Shown piece after piece: positions 48,395 to 57,013 of a DNA stretch of 64,000 bases. The stretch lies in contig CAUSLI010000002.1 of NCBI GenBank assembly GCA_963532885.1, forward strand, positions 82,011 through 146,010. The letters are read 5' to 3'. The position numbers and the translations under genes are program-made. The stretch comes from an uncultured Candidatus Saccharibacteria bacterium (GTDB taxonomy: Bacteria; Patescibacteriota; Saccharimonadia; Saccharimonadales; Saccharimonadaceae). The notes below the pieces were generated by a model that worked only from the letters and a program-made list of their open reading frames with translations, did no database searches and was not told the DNA's origin. The first letter of the stretch is position 1, and each line of letters opens with the position of its first letter.

Positions 48395-48903
48395 TGATGT
48401 GGTGGGCACTCCTCATTATCATCCTGCTGTTTTGTGCCATGGCGCTGACGGGTGCGCCCTATGTGCCGTCGCACCGCCGCGATGTGCAGCAGGCGCTGAC
48501 CAAGCTCTATCGCCTTGGGCCAGAGGATTGCTTGGTGGATATGGGCTCGGGCGATGGCGTCGTCTTAAAGGTCGCTCGCCGGCAGGGGGCGCGGGCCTTT
48601 GGTGTGGAGCTCAACCCGCTCCTCGTCTTGCTTTCGCGCTGGCGTTTGCGTGGTGATACCAAAGCGATGGTAGTGTGTGGTAATCTCTACCGCACGAACT
48701 TTCCACCCGGCACTACAGTGGTCTATACCTTTGGTGACTCGCGCGACATCGCTCGGATGGCCGCCCATGTGCAGCAGCAAGCCACCCACCTCGGCACAGA
48801 CCTATGGTTCATCTCCTACGCCTTTGCCGTACCCGGCTGGACGCCAGTGCGCGAGCAAGGCGCGCATAAGCTGTATCGGGTGCGAGCAGAACAGCACAAA
48901 TAG
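48394..48903 (+). CDS. membrane-anchored class I SAM-dependent methyltransferase
   Basis: GAPYVPS, DMGSGDG, GVELNP. Confidence 0.85.
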   Translation: MMWWALLIIILLFCAMALTGAPYVPSHRRDVQQALTKLYRLGPEDCLVDMGSGDGVVLKVARRQGARAFGVELNPLLVLLSRWRLRGDTKAMVVCGNLYRTNFPPGTTVVYTFGDSRDIARMAAHVQQQATHLGTDLWFISYAFAVPGWTPVREQGAHKLYRVRAEQHK

Positions 48904-48948
48904 CATCCCGCTCTTGTCTATCGCCCCAGGCATAAGTATAATAGAGAT

Positions 48949-49614
48949 ATGACGAAGCAATCTTACAAACGACGAAGTTTTCTTAGTGGCAGCACCTTTG
49001 CCATTATTGGGCTGGCACTGCTGGTGGTGCTCTTTGGTGGGTTTTCGGCCTGGGCCTACACCAACTATACCGAGGCCAAGAGCAACTTAGATAGCAAAAT
49101 TACCGCAGCACAAGCTGAGGCCAAGAAGACGCAAGCAGACGAAGACGAGAAGAAATTTGCCGAGCGCGAGAAGCAGCCCATGTTGCAGTTTGTTGGGCCA
49201 GATGACTATGGCCGCCTGACCTTCGACTACCCCAAGACCTGGAGTGCCTACCAAGCCACCGATGTGAGCGAGGGCGGCGGTAAGACGTATGAGGCGTACC
49301 TCAACCCCCGCGTCGTGCCACCAATAACAGATACGCAGAAGATTGCCATTCGGATTAGCATTGAGCAGAAGATCTACGACAAAGCGGTGGCCGACTACGA
49401 CAGCCAGATCAAAAAAGGTGAGCTGAAATCGAGTGCCTGGAGCAATGACAAAGGCCTGACAGGCACGCGCCTAGAAGGGAACTTTAGCAAAGACATCCGC
49501 GGCACCGCAGTAGTAATCAAGATGCGCGACCGGACGCTCACAGTGCGGACAGATGCCGACGTATTCAATAACGACTACGAGGCCCTGATAAAAACCATTA
49601 AATTTAACGAATAA
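48949..49614 (+). CDS. hypothetical membrane-anchored protein (coiled coil plus PsbP-like domain)
   Basis: one TM helix, coiled coil, LTFDYPKTW, terminal IKTIKF. Confidence 0.8.
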   Translation: MTKQSYKRRSFLSGSTFAIIGLALLVVLFGGFSAWAYTNYTEAKSNLDSKITAAQAEAKKTQADEDEKKFAEREKQPMLQFVGPDDYGRLTFDYPKTWSAYQATDVSEGGGKTYEAYLNPRVVPPITDTQKIAIRISIEQKIYDKAVADYDSQIKKGELKSSAWSNDKGLTGTRLEGNFSKDIRGTAVVIKMRDRTLTVRTDADVFNNDYEALIKTIKFNE

Positions 49615-49655
49615 ATATAGAACATTGCGACGATCTGTGCTACAATGCAGCTGGT

Positions 49656-50393
49656 ATGAGCACGGAGGGGAATGCGGTTATGATGAGCGGCGCTTCCTGG
49701 GGGGAGGCGTCGCTCTTTGTTGCGGCGGCACACGACCTCAAGTCGCCACTGGCGCTGCTACGGCAATTGGCGCTGAGCTTGGAGGCTGGGGGGCTGTCGC
49801 CCGTCGAGGTGGCCGAGTTAGCCCGGCGGATGGCGCTGACCAGCGAGCGGGCCTTGCGCCTCACCACCGACCTGACGCAATCCACCCGTCTGCACGAGGA
49901 GCTATTTGGCATCGAGCCGCTCAACTTGGCGTTGGTGGCGCGCGACGTCGTGGCCGAGCTCCAGCCACTCTACGCAGCCAAGGGGCGTCGCCTGACGGTA
50001 CGCGTGCCGCGGCAGGCAGTGGTGGGTCTCGGCAACCGCGACCTCCTGCGGCGCATCCTGTGCAACTTCGCCGACAACGCACTCCACTACAGTGGCAAGG
50101 GCGATGCACCCGTGGTGGTGCGGCTCTCTCGGCGGGCTGGCGGCCGGGTGATCCGCTTGGCGGTACGCGACTACGGCCCAGCTATTGCGCCATCACTCTG
50201 GCGGCAATTGGAACAGCGCCTTGGTGTCAGCGCGCAGCCATTGCACAGCCGGCCAGGCAGCAGCGGCCTGGGGCTCTACATTGCAGGGCAATTTGCCAGC
50301 GCGATGGAGGCGCAGATTGGGGCAGTACGGCACCGCGATGGCGCCACCTTCTACATCGATCTTCAGGCGGTGTATCAACAGAGGCTATTATGA
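49656..50393 (+). CDS. histidine kinase (HisKA plus HATPase only)
   Basis: AHDLKSPL H-box, NFADNALHY N-box, DYGP, SGLGL. Confidence 0.9.
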   Translation: MSTEGNAVMMSGASWGEASLFVAAAHDLKSPLALLRQLALSLEAGGLSPVEVAELARRMALTSERALRLTTDLTQSTRLHEELFGIEPLNLALVARDVVAELQPLYAAKGRRLTVRVPRQAVVGLGNRDLLRRILCNFADNALHYSGKGDAPVVVRLSRRAGGRVIRLAVRDYGPAIAPSLWRQLEQRLGVSAQPLHSRPGSSGLGLYIAGQFASAMEAQIGAVRHRDGATFYIDLQAVYQQRLL

Positions 50394-50782
50394 TGCAACC
50401 ACCGCCACGGGTGTTGGTCATCGACGATGATCAATGGTTTGCTGAGCTGCAGCTTGCGGCAGTGCAGCGGGCTGGTGCGACGCCCGTCTATGCGGCCGAT
50501 GTGCTGGCTGGCATGGCAGCGCTTGATGAGGCGCTCCCAGCAGTGATTATCCTCGATATGTTCATGCCTGGGGGTAATGGCCTGGTGCTGCTCCACGAGC
50601 TGCAATCGTATAGCGACACGGCGCGCATCCCCATTATCATCTGTAGTAATAATGCGAGTGACATGACGCTAGCCGATCTCGCACCCTACGGCGTGGTGGC
50701 CTTGCTAGACAAAACAATGATGCACCCAAGCGACGTGACGAACGTACTACACAGGTACATCCCAAGCGAGGTAGCGACATGA
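50390..50782 (+). CDS. single-domain response regulator receiver
   Basis: VLVIDDD, ILDMFMP, LDK; ATGA overlaps with kinase and recO. Confidence 0.88.
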   Translation: MMQPPPRVLVIDDDQWFAELQLAAVQRAGATPVYAADVLAGMAALDEALPAVIILDMFMPGGNGLVLLHELQSYSDTARIPIIICSNNASDMTLADLAPYGVVALLDKTMMHPSDVTNVLHRYIPSEVAT

Positions 50783-51453
50783 GTATGCAACGCACCACAG
50801 CGATCGTCCTGCGCCGCACCAACTATGGCGAGGCCGACCGCGTGCTGCAATTGCTCACGCCGGAGGGGCAGCGGGCAGTAATTGCCAAGGGTGTCCGGCG
50901 CGAAAAGAGTCGGCTAGCTGGGGCGGTTGAACTCTTTGCGATCAGCGATGTCGTCATCCGCCAGGGGCGCAGTGAGCTAGGCGTGCTAACACAGGCCCGC
51001 CTGACGAAGTATTATCAAACCATCGTGGCCGATTATGACCGCCTGCAAGCTGGCTATGCCGCCATCCAACTGGTGGCGCAGGCTAGCCGCATGCTGGATG
51101 AGCCGGCGTGGTATGAGGTACTGCGCTTGGTATATGAGGGGCTCAATCAGGCTAGTGTGCCCGTCATGCTTACTCAAGCCTGGCTAGCCATCCACTATGC
51201 AGCGCTGCAGGGCTACGAGCTTAACCTGCTGCGCGACGTTGTAGGCCAGCCCCTCCAGCCCGAGCGGCGATATATGTATGACGGGTCAGAACGTGGCCTG
51301 CGCCTCAGCGACCAAGGCGACATTACCGCAGCGCACATCAAGCTGCTCCGCCTGCTCGCTACACGTCCACCCACAGTGGTATCACAGGTCGGTGGTGTGC
51401 TAGCCATCCTGCCCGAGTGCTGGCTGGTGGCACGGCAGCATGCTGGGGTGTAA
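50779..51453 (+). CDS. recO: DNA repair protein RecO
   Basis: AIVLRRTNYGEADR, AKGVRREKSRL. Confidence 0.93.
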   Translation: MSMQRTTAIVLRRTNYGEADRVLQLLTPEGQRAVIAKGVRREKSRLAGAVELFAISDVVIRQGRSELGVLTQARLTKYYQTIVADYDRLQAGYAAIQLVAQASRMLDEPAWYEVLRLVYEGLNQASVPVMLTQAWLAIHYAALQGYELNLLRDVVGQPLQPERRYMYDGSERGLRLSDQGDITAAHIKLLRLLATRPPTVVSQVGGVLAILPECWLVARQHAGV

Positions 51454-51496
51454 TGCTATAGCCTGAACCTTAAATCCTTCCTGTCGCCCCATAGCA

Positions 51497-51582
51497 GCTC
51501 ACCGCACCGAAAATGTTCCGGCCAGATTATGCACAGCACTCTTCCGTCTGTTTGATCGCTGGCCTCCATATATTTTCTTGTT
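51497..51582 (-). repeat. dispersed intergenic repeat, copy 3 (inverted)
   Basis: reverse complement aligns with 3744-3830. Confidence 0.85.
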
Positions 51583-51739
51583 CGGTAAGTTGCTTGGGGG
51601 TAGAGCGTGAGATTATTGAGATGGAGGTATCAATGCCGTGCTTGGCCATAAGACACACCCCACTTCAGGAAAATGCTATAATAATACCAAAGAACCAATC
51701 ATGAAGCTGCCGCGTTGCCAACGCGGAGAAAGGACGCGT

Positions 51740-53095
51740 GTGAGTAGCGCAACGAGTAATGTAACAATGGAAGCAATTATTAGCCTGTGCAAGCGCCGCG
51801 GCTTTATTTACCAGGGGTCGGACGTGTATGGCGGCCTGAGTGGCACGTGGGACTATGGCCCGCTGGGCGTGCAGCTCAAGCGCAATATTATGAACCTATG
51901 GTGGCGCAGATTCGTCGATGAGCGCGACGATATGTATGGCGTGGATGCGGCGATTTTGATGAATCAGAAGGTGTGGAAGGCGAGTGGACATGTCGATACC
52001 TTCGTCGATCCGCTGTGTGAGGACACGGTCAATCACCGACGCTACCGCACCGATCATATCCTCAAAGATAATGGCGTTGACGCCGATGGTATGACCATGG
52101 AACAGATGGATGCGGTGATTGCTGAGCGCGGCATCAAAAGTCCCGATGGCAATCCGCTGAGTAAATCGCGGACGTTTAATATGATGTTCAAAACGCACGT
52201 CGGTGCAACTGAGAGTGAGGATAGCATTTCTTATCTTCGCCCCGAGACCGCCCAAGGTATCTTCACCAATTTCAAAAACGTCGTCGATAGTTTCTACCCT
52301 AATCTGCCGTTTGGTATCGCTCAGCAGGGCAAGGCCTTTCGCAATGAGATTGCACCGCGCGACTTCGTATTCCGTAGCCGAGAATTTGAGCAGATGGAGA
52401 TTGAATATTTCGTCGATCCTGAGCATTGGCAAGAGGCGTTTGATGAGCTGCTCGCGAGCACGCATGCGTTCTTGGCAGAATTGGGCTTGAAACCAGAACA
52501 CATCCACGAGCTGGACGTGCCGGCGGAGGATCGGGCGCACTACAGCAAAAAGACGATCGACATTGAGTATGATTATCCGATTGGCCGCGAAGAGCTGATG
52601 GGCATCGCCTATCGGACTGATTTTGACCTGATGAACATCCAGCGCGCCAGCGGCAAGAGCATGGAATACACTATTAAGGGAACGAACACGAAATTTGTGC
52701 CGCACGTCATTGAGCCGAGCTTCGGCGTTGAGCGGGCGCTGATGGCAGTGCTGGCCAGTAGCTACCGCGAGGACGAGCAAAATGGTGAAAAGCGGGTGTA
52801 TTTGGCGTTGCCAGAGCATTTGGCGCCGGTCAAATTTGCCGTCTCACCACTGCTAAAGAATAAGCCAGAACTGGTGGAAAAAGCCCGTGATGTGTACGCG
52901 AACCTTTCCAAAGCCAACCCTGGCCGAGTAATGTGGGACGACAACGGCAACATCGGCAAACGCTACCGCCGCCAAGACGAAATCGGCACCCCGCACTGCA
53001 TAGTCATCGACTTCCAGACACTGGAGGATGATACGGTGACCGTGCGCGACCGCGACACCACCGAGCAAAAGCGGGTGATTGTTAAAGAACTGTAA
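51740..53095 (+). CDS. glyQS: glycyl-tRNA synthetase, homodimeric (alpha2) type
   Basis: LCKRRGF, DYGPLG, YLRPETAQG, GKAFRNEI, REFEQMEIE, IEPSFG; AAAGGA SD before GTG 51740 (alternatives 51700, 51767). Confidence 0.96.
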   Translation: MSSATSNVTMEAIISLCKRRGFIYQGSDVYGGLSGTWDYGPLGVQLKRNIMNLWWRRFVDERDDMYGVDAAILMNQKVWKASGHVDTFVDPLCEDTVNHRRYRTDHILKDNGVDADGMTMEQMDAVIAERGIKSPDGNPLSKSRTFNMMFKTHVGATESEDSISYLRPETAQGIFTNFKNVVDSFYPNLPFGIAQQGKAFRNEIAPRDFVFRSREFEQMEIEYFVDPEHWQEAFDELLASTHAFLAELGLKPEHIHELDVPAEDRAHYSKKTIDIEYDYPIGREELMGIAYRTDFDLMNIQRASGKSMEYTIKGTNTKFVPHVIEPSFGVERALMAVLASSYREDEQNGEKRVYLALPEHLAPVKFAVSPLLKNKPELVEKARDVYANLSKANPGRVMWDDNGNIGKRYRRQDEIGTPHCIVIDFQTLEDDTVTVRDRDTTEQKRVIVKEL

Positions 53096-53100
53096 GAAGA

Positions 53101-53858
53101 ATGACTAATCACGCAGCAGAGAAGAGCCTTGATATACAAAATCGTCTCTTTCAAGAATATCAAGATGCCTATTATAAAACGAAAAACCTCCCTCTAGCTC
53201 TAAAAAAGCTAGAAGAATTACTAGAAATAACTAGCATAAAGCAGTTTGTCTCATATCTTATAGTTGACATATATACTCAAATGGGCAAACCTGCCGAGGA
53301 GGCGTACAAAATTGCAAATAAGGGTATCCAGTATCCCCACCCCTTTTCTGGGTTATATAAGCAACATGCTGAGTTAGTCCTTGAAACTGGTAGTAGTAAA
53401 AATGATCTTGAAATAGCACTCTCGTCTATAAACGAGGCTATTCGTCTATATAACCAGGAAAGTAGTAATGAGAACATTGATGACATAGTGCGTAATGCCG
53501 ATTCATTAAAATATTGGTTTGAGAATAAAACCAAGACGCGTATGGAGATGGCTAATTTGCAGAGTGATATCAAGAGTCTTATGTATAGCCGAACTCTGTA
53601 TGATGGAGTAAACAAGCTTATAGCAAAATGGAAAAAGATATACAGCAGATAAAGCGTGATATGATCCAGGAGAAACAGAGAACGATTGAATTAATGGCAC
53701 TGTTTGCAGCAATAATCGCGCTCATCCTTTCGAATATTCAAGCTTTGTCGCAAGAGAAAGAGTGGTGGCATATTCTTATAGTCAATGGCTCACTATTGAT
53801 CGCATTAACGTGGATTATGTGTTTAGTGTGGATGATTGGTCGTAGCAAAAATAAGTAG
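53101..53858 (+). pseudogene. AT-rich TPR-like plus coiled-coil plus 2-TM gene split by a 1-nt frameshift
   Basis: ORFs 53101-53652 and 53628-53858 overlap; one added base near 53619 gives GVNKL-x-SKMEKDIQQ. Confidence 0.6.
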
Positions 53859-53883
53859 AGTGATTATTTGCTATAATAGTGCC

Positions 53884-54414
53884 ATGAGTCAATGTAAAAC
53901 GGGTAATTATGCTTTTATTGATGGACAGAATTTATATCGCGGCACGGCAAAAACCCAGCCGGCATGGCAGATTGATTTAACACGCTTTCGCATTTATTTA
54001 CACGAAAAATATCATGTCGAAAAAGCATTTTATTATCTTGGCTATACTATAGATGGTCCGCAAGCAGAAAAATTATATGAAGAGATTCAGTCAGCTGGAT
54101 TTATTCTTGTGTTTCGTCAGCATAATTCTGCAATGTTGAGTCACAAAAAGGGTAATGTTGATTCAGATATCATTTTTAGTATCATGAAGCGGCTCTATAA
54201 AGGTGAGCCGTTCGAAAAGGTTATACTTATCTCTGGTGATGGTGATTATAAGATGTTGGTTGATTTTCTGATTGAGCATGGGAGGTTTGCTAAAATATTA
54301 TTCCCGAATGCACGATACCGCTCATCGCTATACAAGGATATTTCGGCAAACTATTACGCAAGCTTGGATGAACCAGCTGTCCGGCGCAAAATAGAAAAAG
54401 AAAAGGGTCCTTAG
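53884..54414 (+). CDS. NYN (LabA/DUF88) PIN-like nuclease
   Basis: AFIDGQNL, KGNVD, ISGDGDY; TATAAT 6 nt before ATG. Confidence 0.92.
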   Translation: MSQCKTGNYAFIDGQNLYRGTAKTQPAWQIDLTRFRIYLHEKYHVEKAFYYLGYTIDGPQAEKLYEEIQSAGFILVFRQHNSAMLSHKKGNVDSDIIFSIMKRLYKGEPFEKVILISGDGDYKMLVDFLIEHGRFAKILFPNARYRSSLYKDISANYYASLDEPAVRRKIEKEKGP

Positions 54415-54447
54415 GCAACTAACCGTTCGGAACCTTTTCGTCTTAAT
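54390..54447 (-). ncRNA. candidate antisense sRNA over the NYN stop codon
   Basis: minus-strand TTGTCT-N17-TACAAT promoter (54482-54454), hairpin 54438-54401, then U tract. Confidence 0.5.
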
Positions 54448-54540
54448 ATCTCTATTGTAACAAAAAGATAGAAAGAAGACAAATAAACTGATTAAAGAAG
54501 CAAATAGCGAGAAAGAAATAAGTATGCTATAATTACTCTC

Positions 54541-55017
54541 ATGCCAAAAAATACCAACGGACACCTCATCACGCAAAATGCAGACGGAATAGTCCGCCAT
54601 GATTACCTCTACCGCATCTCCCTCAAAGCATTAATATATAACGACGCTGGGCAGATCTTGGTTGTCAAAGAAATTGATCGGCCGTTTTGGGATTTGCCTG
54701 GTGGCGGAATGGATTATGATGAGACGATTGAGTCATCACTAAAGCGCGAGTTGCATGAAGAGGTCGGCTACCAGGGCAATGTGCGCTATCAAATTTTTGA
54801 CGCATCGGACCAGATATACATTGAGCGGCTTGATGCATATCAAATCTGTTTTTATTGCCGCGTTTGGCCCGAAAACTTCGACTTTGCGCCAGGAGAGGAG
54901 GGTGATGATGTGATGTTCATCAGCCCTGATGATCTACAAGGCACTGGCTACGACGCGACCGATCGGGCATATGCGGCGCACAAGAAATGGCAACGACTGT
55001 ATAGTGCCTCGACTTGA
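54541..55017 (+). CDS. NUDIX hydrolase
   Basis: WDLPGGGMDYDETIESSLKRELHEEVG Nudix box. Confidence 0.93.
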   Translation: MPKNTNGHLITQNADGIVRHDYLYRISLKALIYNDAGQILVVKEIDRPFWDLPGGGMDYDETIESSLKRELHEEVGYQGNVRYQIFDASDQIYIERLDAYQICFYCRVWPENFDFAPGEEGDDVMFISPDDLQGTGYDATDRAYAAHKKWQRLYSAST

Positions 55018-55261
55018 ATCCGTCTCCCGTCGAGGTTTTTGGTATAATCATTGATTGCCAAAACTTCTTATATAAAGCCGCTGAGATCAGTAAAGTAACG
55101 AGTGGCCAAGAGAGTATTGAGTGTTGGATAGATATACTACAGTAAATGAATCACATCGGCACTGGTCACCAATTATCTATATAAGTAAATAGCGAAAAAA
55201 GCTTCAAGGTGGTATAATCAACCTCATACGAACAAAACCGCAAAAGGCTAGGTGTATACAT

Positions 55262-56236
55262 ATGAGTAACACGACAGAAAAAACATCCAATTCACTCCCT
55301 CTCATTAAAAAAGAGCATCGTAACAAAGTACTCATCACCCTCTTTCTCTTGACGGCGCTCGCCGGAGGCGGCTACTGGGCAGTTGTAGCTGTGACGAGTG
55401 GTAGTGCGCCGCTGGTGGCACTTGCATTGCGCTTGGCGTACGTTGCGATTTTGTATATGCCGGTACCACTGTATACGCTCTTACTGAGTCGATTGATGCT
55501 TGGCATACCAGTGCCGTTTCGTGCGTTGTTATCATTGAGACACATCACCGTGAAGAAGTATGCATTGGTCGCTGGACTGTTCTTGGCCTGGGCGGCATTG
55601 ATGGTTGGTTCTGTTGTGATTCTTGGCTGGCTGTGGCCAGATACTTTTGGGCACCTGGCAACGACTAATGGACACTTGGTGCATAACCTTGAGAAGCTCA
55701 TCGGTACATCAGTCGATACTAGCACGATGAATATGCCACCAACGCCGCTTGCCATGCTGCCACTTGGTATCTTTGGTGCATTGATGGCTGGGCTAACGGT
55801 AAATGCGATCTTTGCGATGACAGAGGAGATCATGTGGCGTGGTTACCTCGCGCAGGCGTTTGCTGGGCTGTCATTTTGCAAGAAATATGTGACGATTGGC
55901 GTGCTGTGGGGGCTGTGGCATATTCCGCTGATTGCTCTAGGGTATAACTATGGCGCAGCGAACGCACTTCCGGGAGTAGTGCTGTTTGTGGGATTTTGTG
56001 TAGTTATGTCGCTTGTGCTTGGTTTTGTCGTTGAGCGAACCCGAAGTGTGTGGCTTGCTGCCGTGCTGCATGGGACGTTTAATGGCTTCTCGCAAGTTAT
56101 GCTACTTCTGGTCGTTGGTGGGAGCTCGCTGTTGGCTAGCTCAGCAGTAGGCATTGTCTCGCTTGTGGCGTGGCTGGTAGTATTTGTGGCTTGCTATATA
56201 AGCACTGCTTGTGCATCTGTCAAAAAGCGAGTATAA
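55262..56236 (+). CDS. CPBP (CAAX/Abi) family intramembrane protease
   Basis: EEIMWRGYL, WGLWH, HGTFN. Confidence 0.9.
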   Translation: MSNTTEKTSNSLPLIKKEHRNKVLITLFLLTALAGGGYWAVVAVTSGSAPLVALALRLAYVAILYMPVPLYTLLLSRLMLGIPVPFRALLSLRHITVKKYALVAGLFLAWAALMVGSVVILGWLWPDTFGHLATTNGHLVHNLEKLIGTSVDTSTMNMPPTPLAMLPLGIFGALMAGLTVNAIFAMTEEIMWRGYLAQAFAGLSFCKKYVTIGVLWGLWHIPLIALGYNYGAANALPGVVLFVGFCVVMSLVLGFVVERTRSVWLAAVLHGTFNGFSQVMLLLVVGGSSLLASSAVGIVSLVAWLVVFVACYISTACASVKKRV

Positions 56237-56343
56237 GTGGACTGTCTCATTTAGGAGGGTCGATTCCGCTAAACTATTATAGAGGTATAATAAAATCATG
56301 CATATAACTCGTCGTATTCGAACGATAAAACTTCGCCATATCA

Positions 56344-56889
56344 GTGGGGTTGCTACTGCTTTTTCTCCTTGGTATGGCTGCGATGCGGCAGGCAGCTTGG
56401 TATGTGTCGCAGGTGTCTGGTGGTGCGGCAATTCTCGACCTTAACTTTGGCAATAGTGCCGCCCACATCAATCATACATTAACCGCTTTGGGTGAGGCTG
56501 GCAGAAGCGCGTATCTCCATATCTTTTTGCCGATCGACGCCTGTTATGCAGTTATCTATGCGGTGTTTTATGCTTGCACATTGGCGTTTTTTGTTCGACG
56601 CCTCTCGCTGCGGCGGAAGCTGAGCTGGGCTCGGTGGATAGCTGTGCTGCCTGTGGTGGCTGCTGCTTGCGACTGGTGGGAGAATATAGCTTTTGCGTTC
56701 ATGCTGAGCCAATTTCCGGCACTCATGCACCCAGCACTTGCGGCTAGCACAACAGTAGCGACGATGGCAAAATTCGTACTAGTATATCTATCGTTGCTGC
56801 TTGTGCTGGGGCTTGCGGTATACCATATGGCGCGGTGGATTGCTACCAAGCACAGCTCCAGTAACAACGACAAGCACCACCACTCATAG
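56344..56889 (+). CDS. hypothetical multi-TM membrane protein, likely frameshifted from a real start at 56298
   Basis: LGEAGRSAY, D..ENI, K motifs; leaderless ATG 56298 is one base out of frame. Confidence 0.7.
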   Translation: MGLLLLFLLGMAAMRQAAWYVSQVSGGAAILDLNFGNSAAHINHTLTALGEAGRSAYLHIFLPIDACYAVIYAVFYACTLAFFVRRLSLRRKLSWARWIAVLPVVAAACDWWENIAFAFMLSQFPALMHPALAASTTVATMAKFVLVYLSLLLVLGLAVYHMARWIATKHSSSNNDKHHHS

Positions 56890-57013
56890 CGCATCGTGAG
56901 GTGTACCACCGGTCATTGCTCAATTACCCCCTTGTTACCATAAGCACAATAATGATATAATGCGAACGTTATATTAAGGTGTTGTGTTTCACAACAGAAA
57001 AGGAGGGTTTTGC

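Noticed and set aside
49625..50389. 385-aa ORF as a long response regulator
   Set aside because: Its 5' part overlaps the kinase in another frame and reads as low-complexity; the receiver domain starts at 50390.
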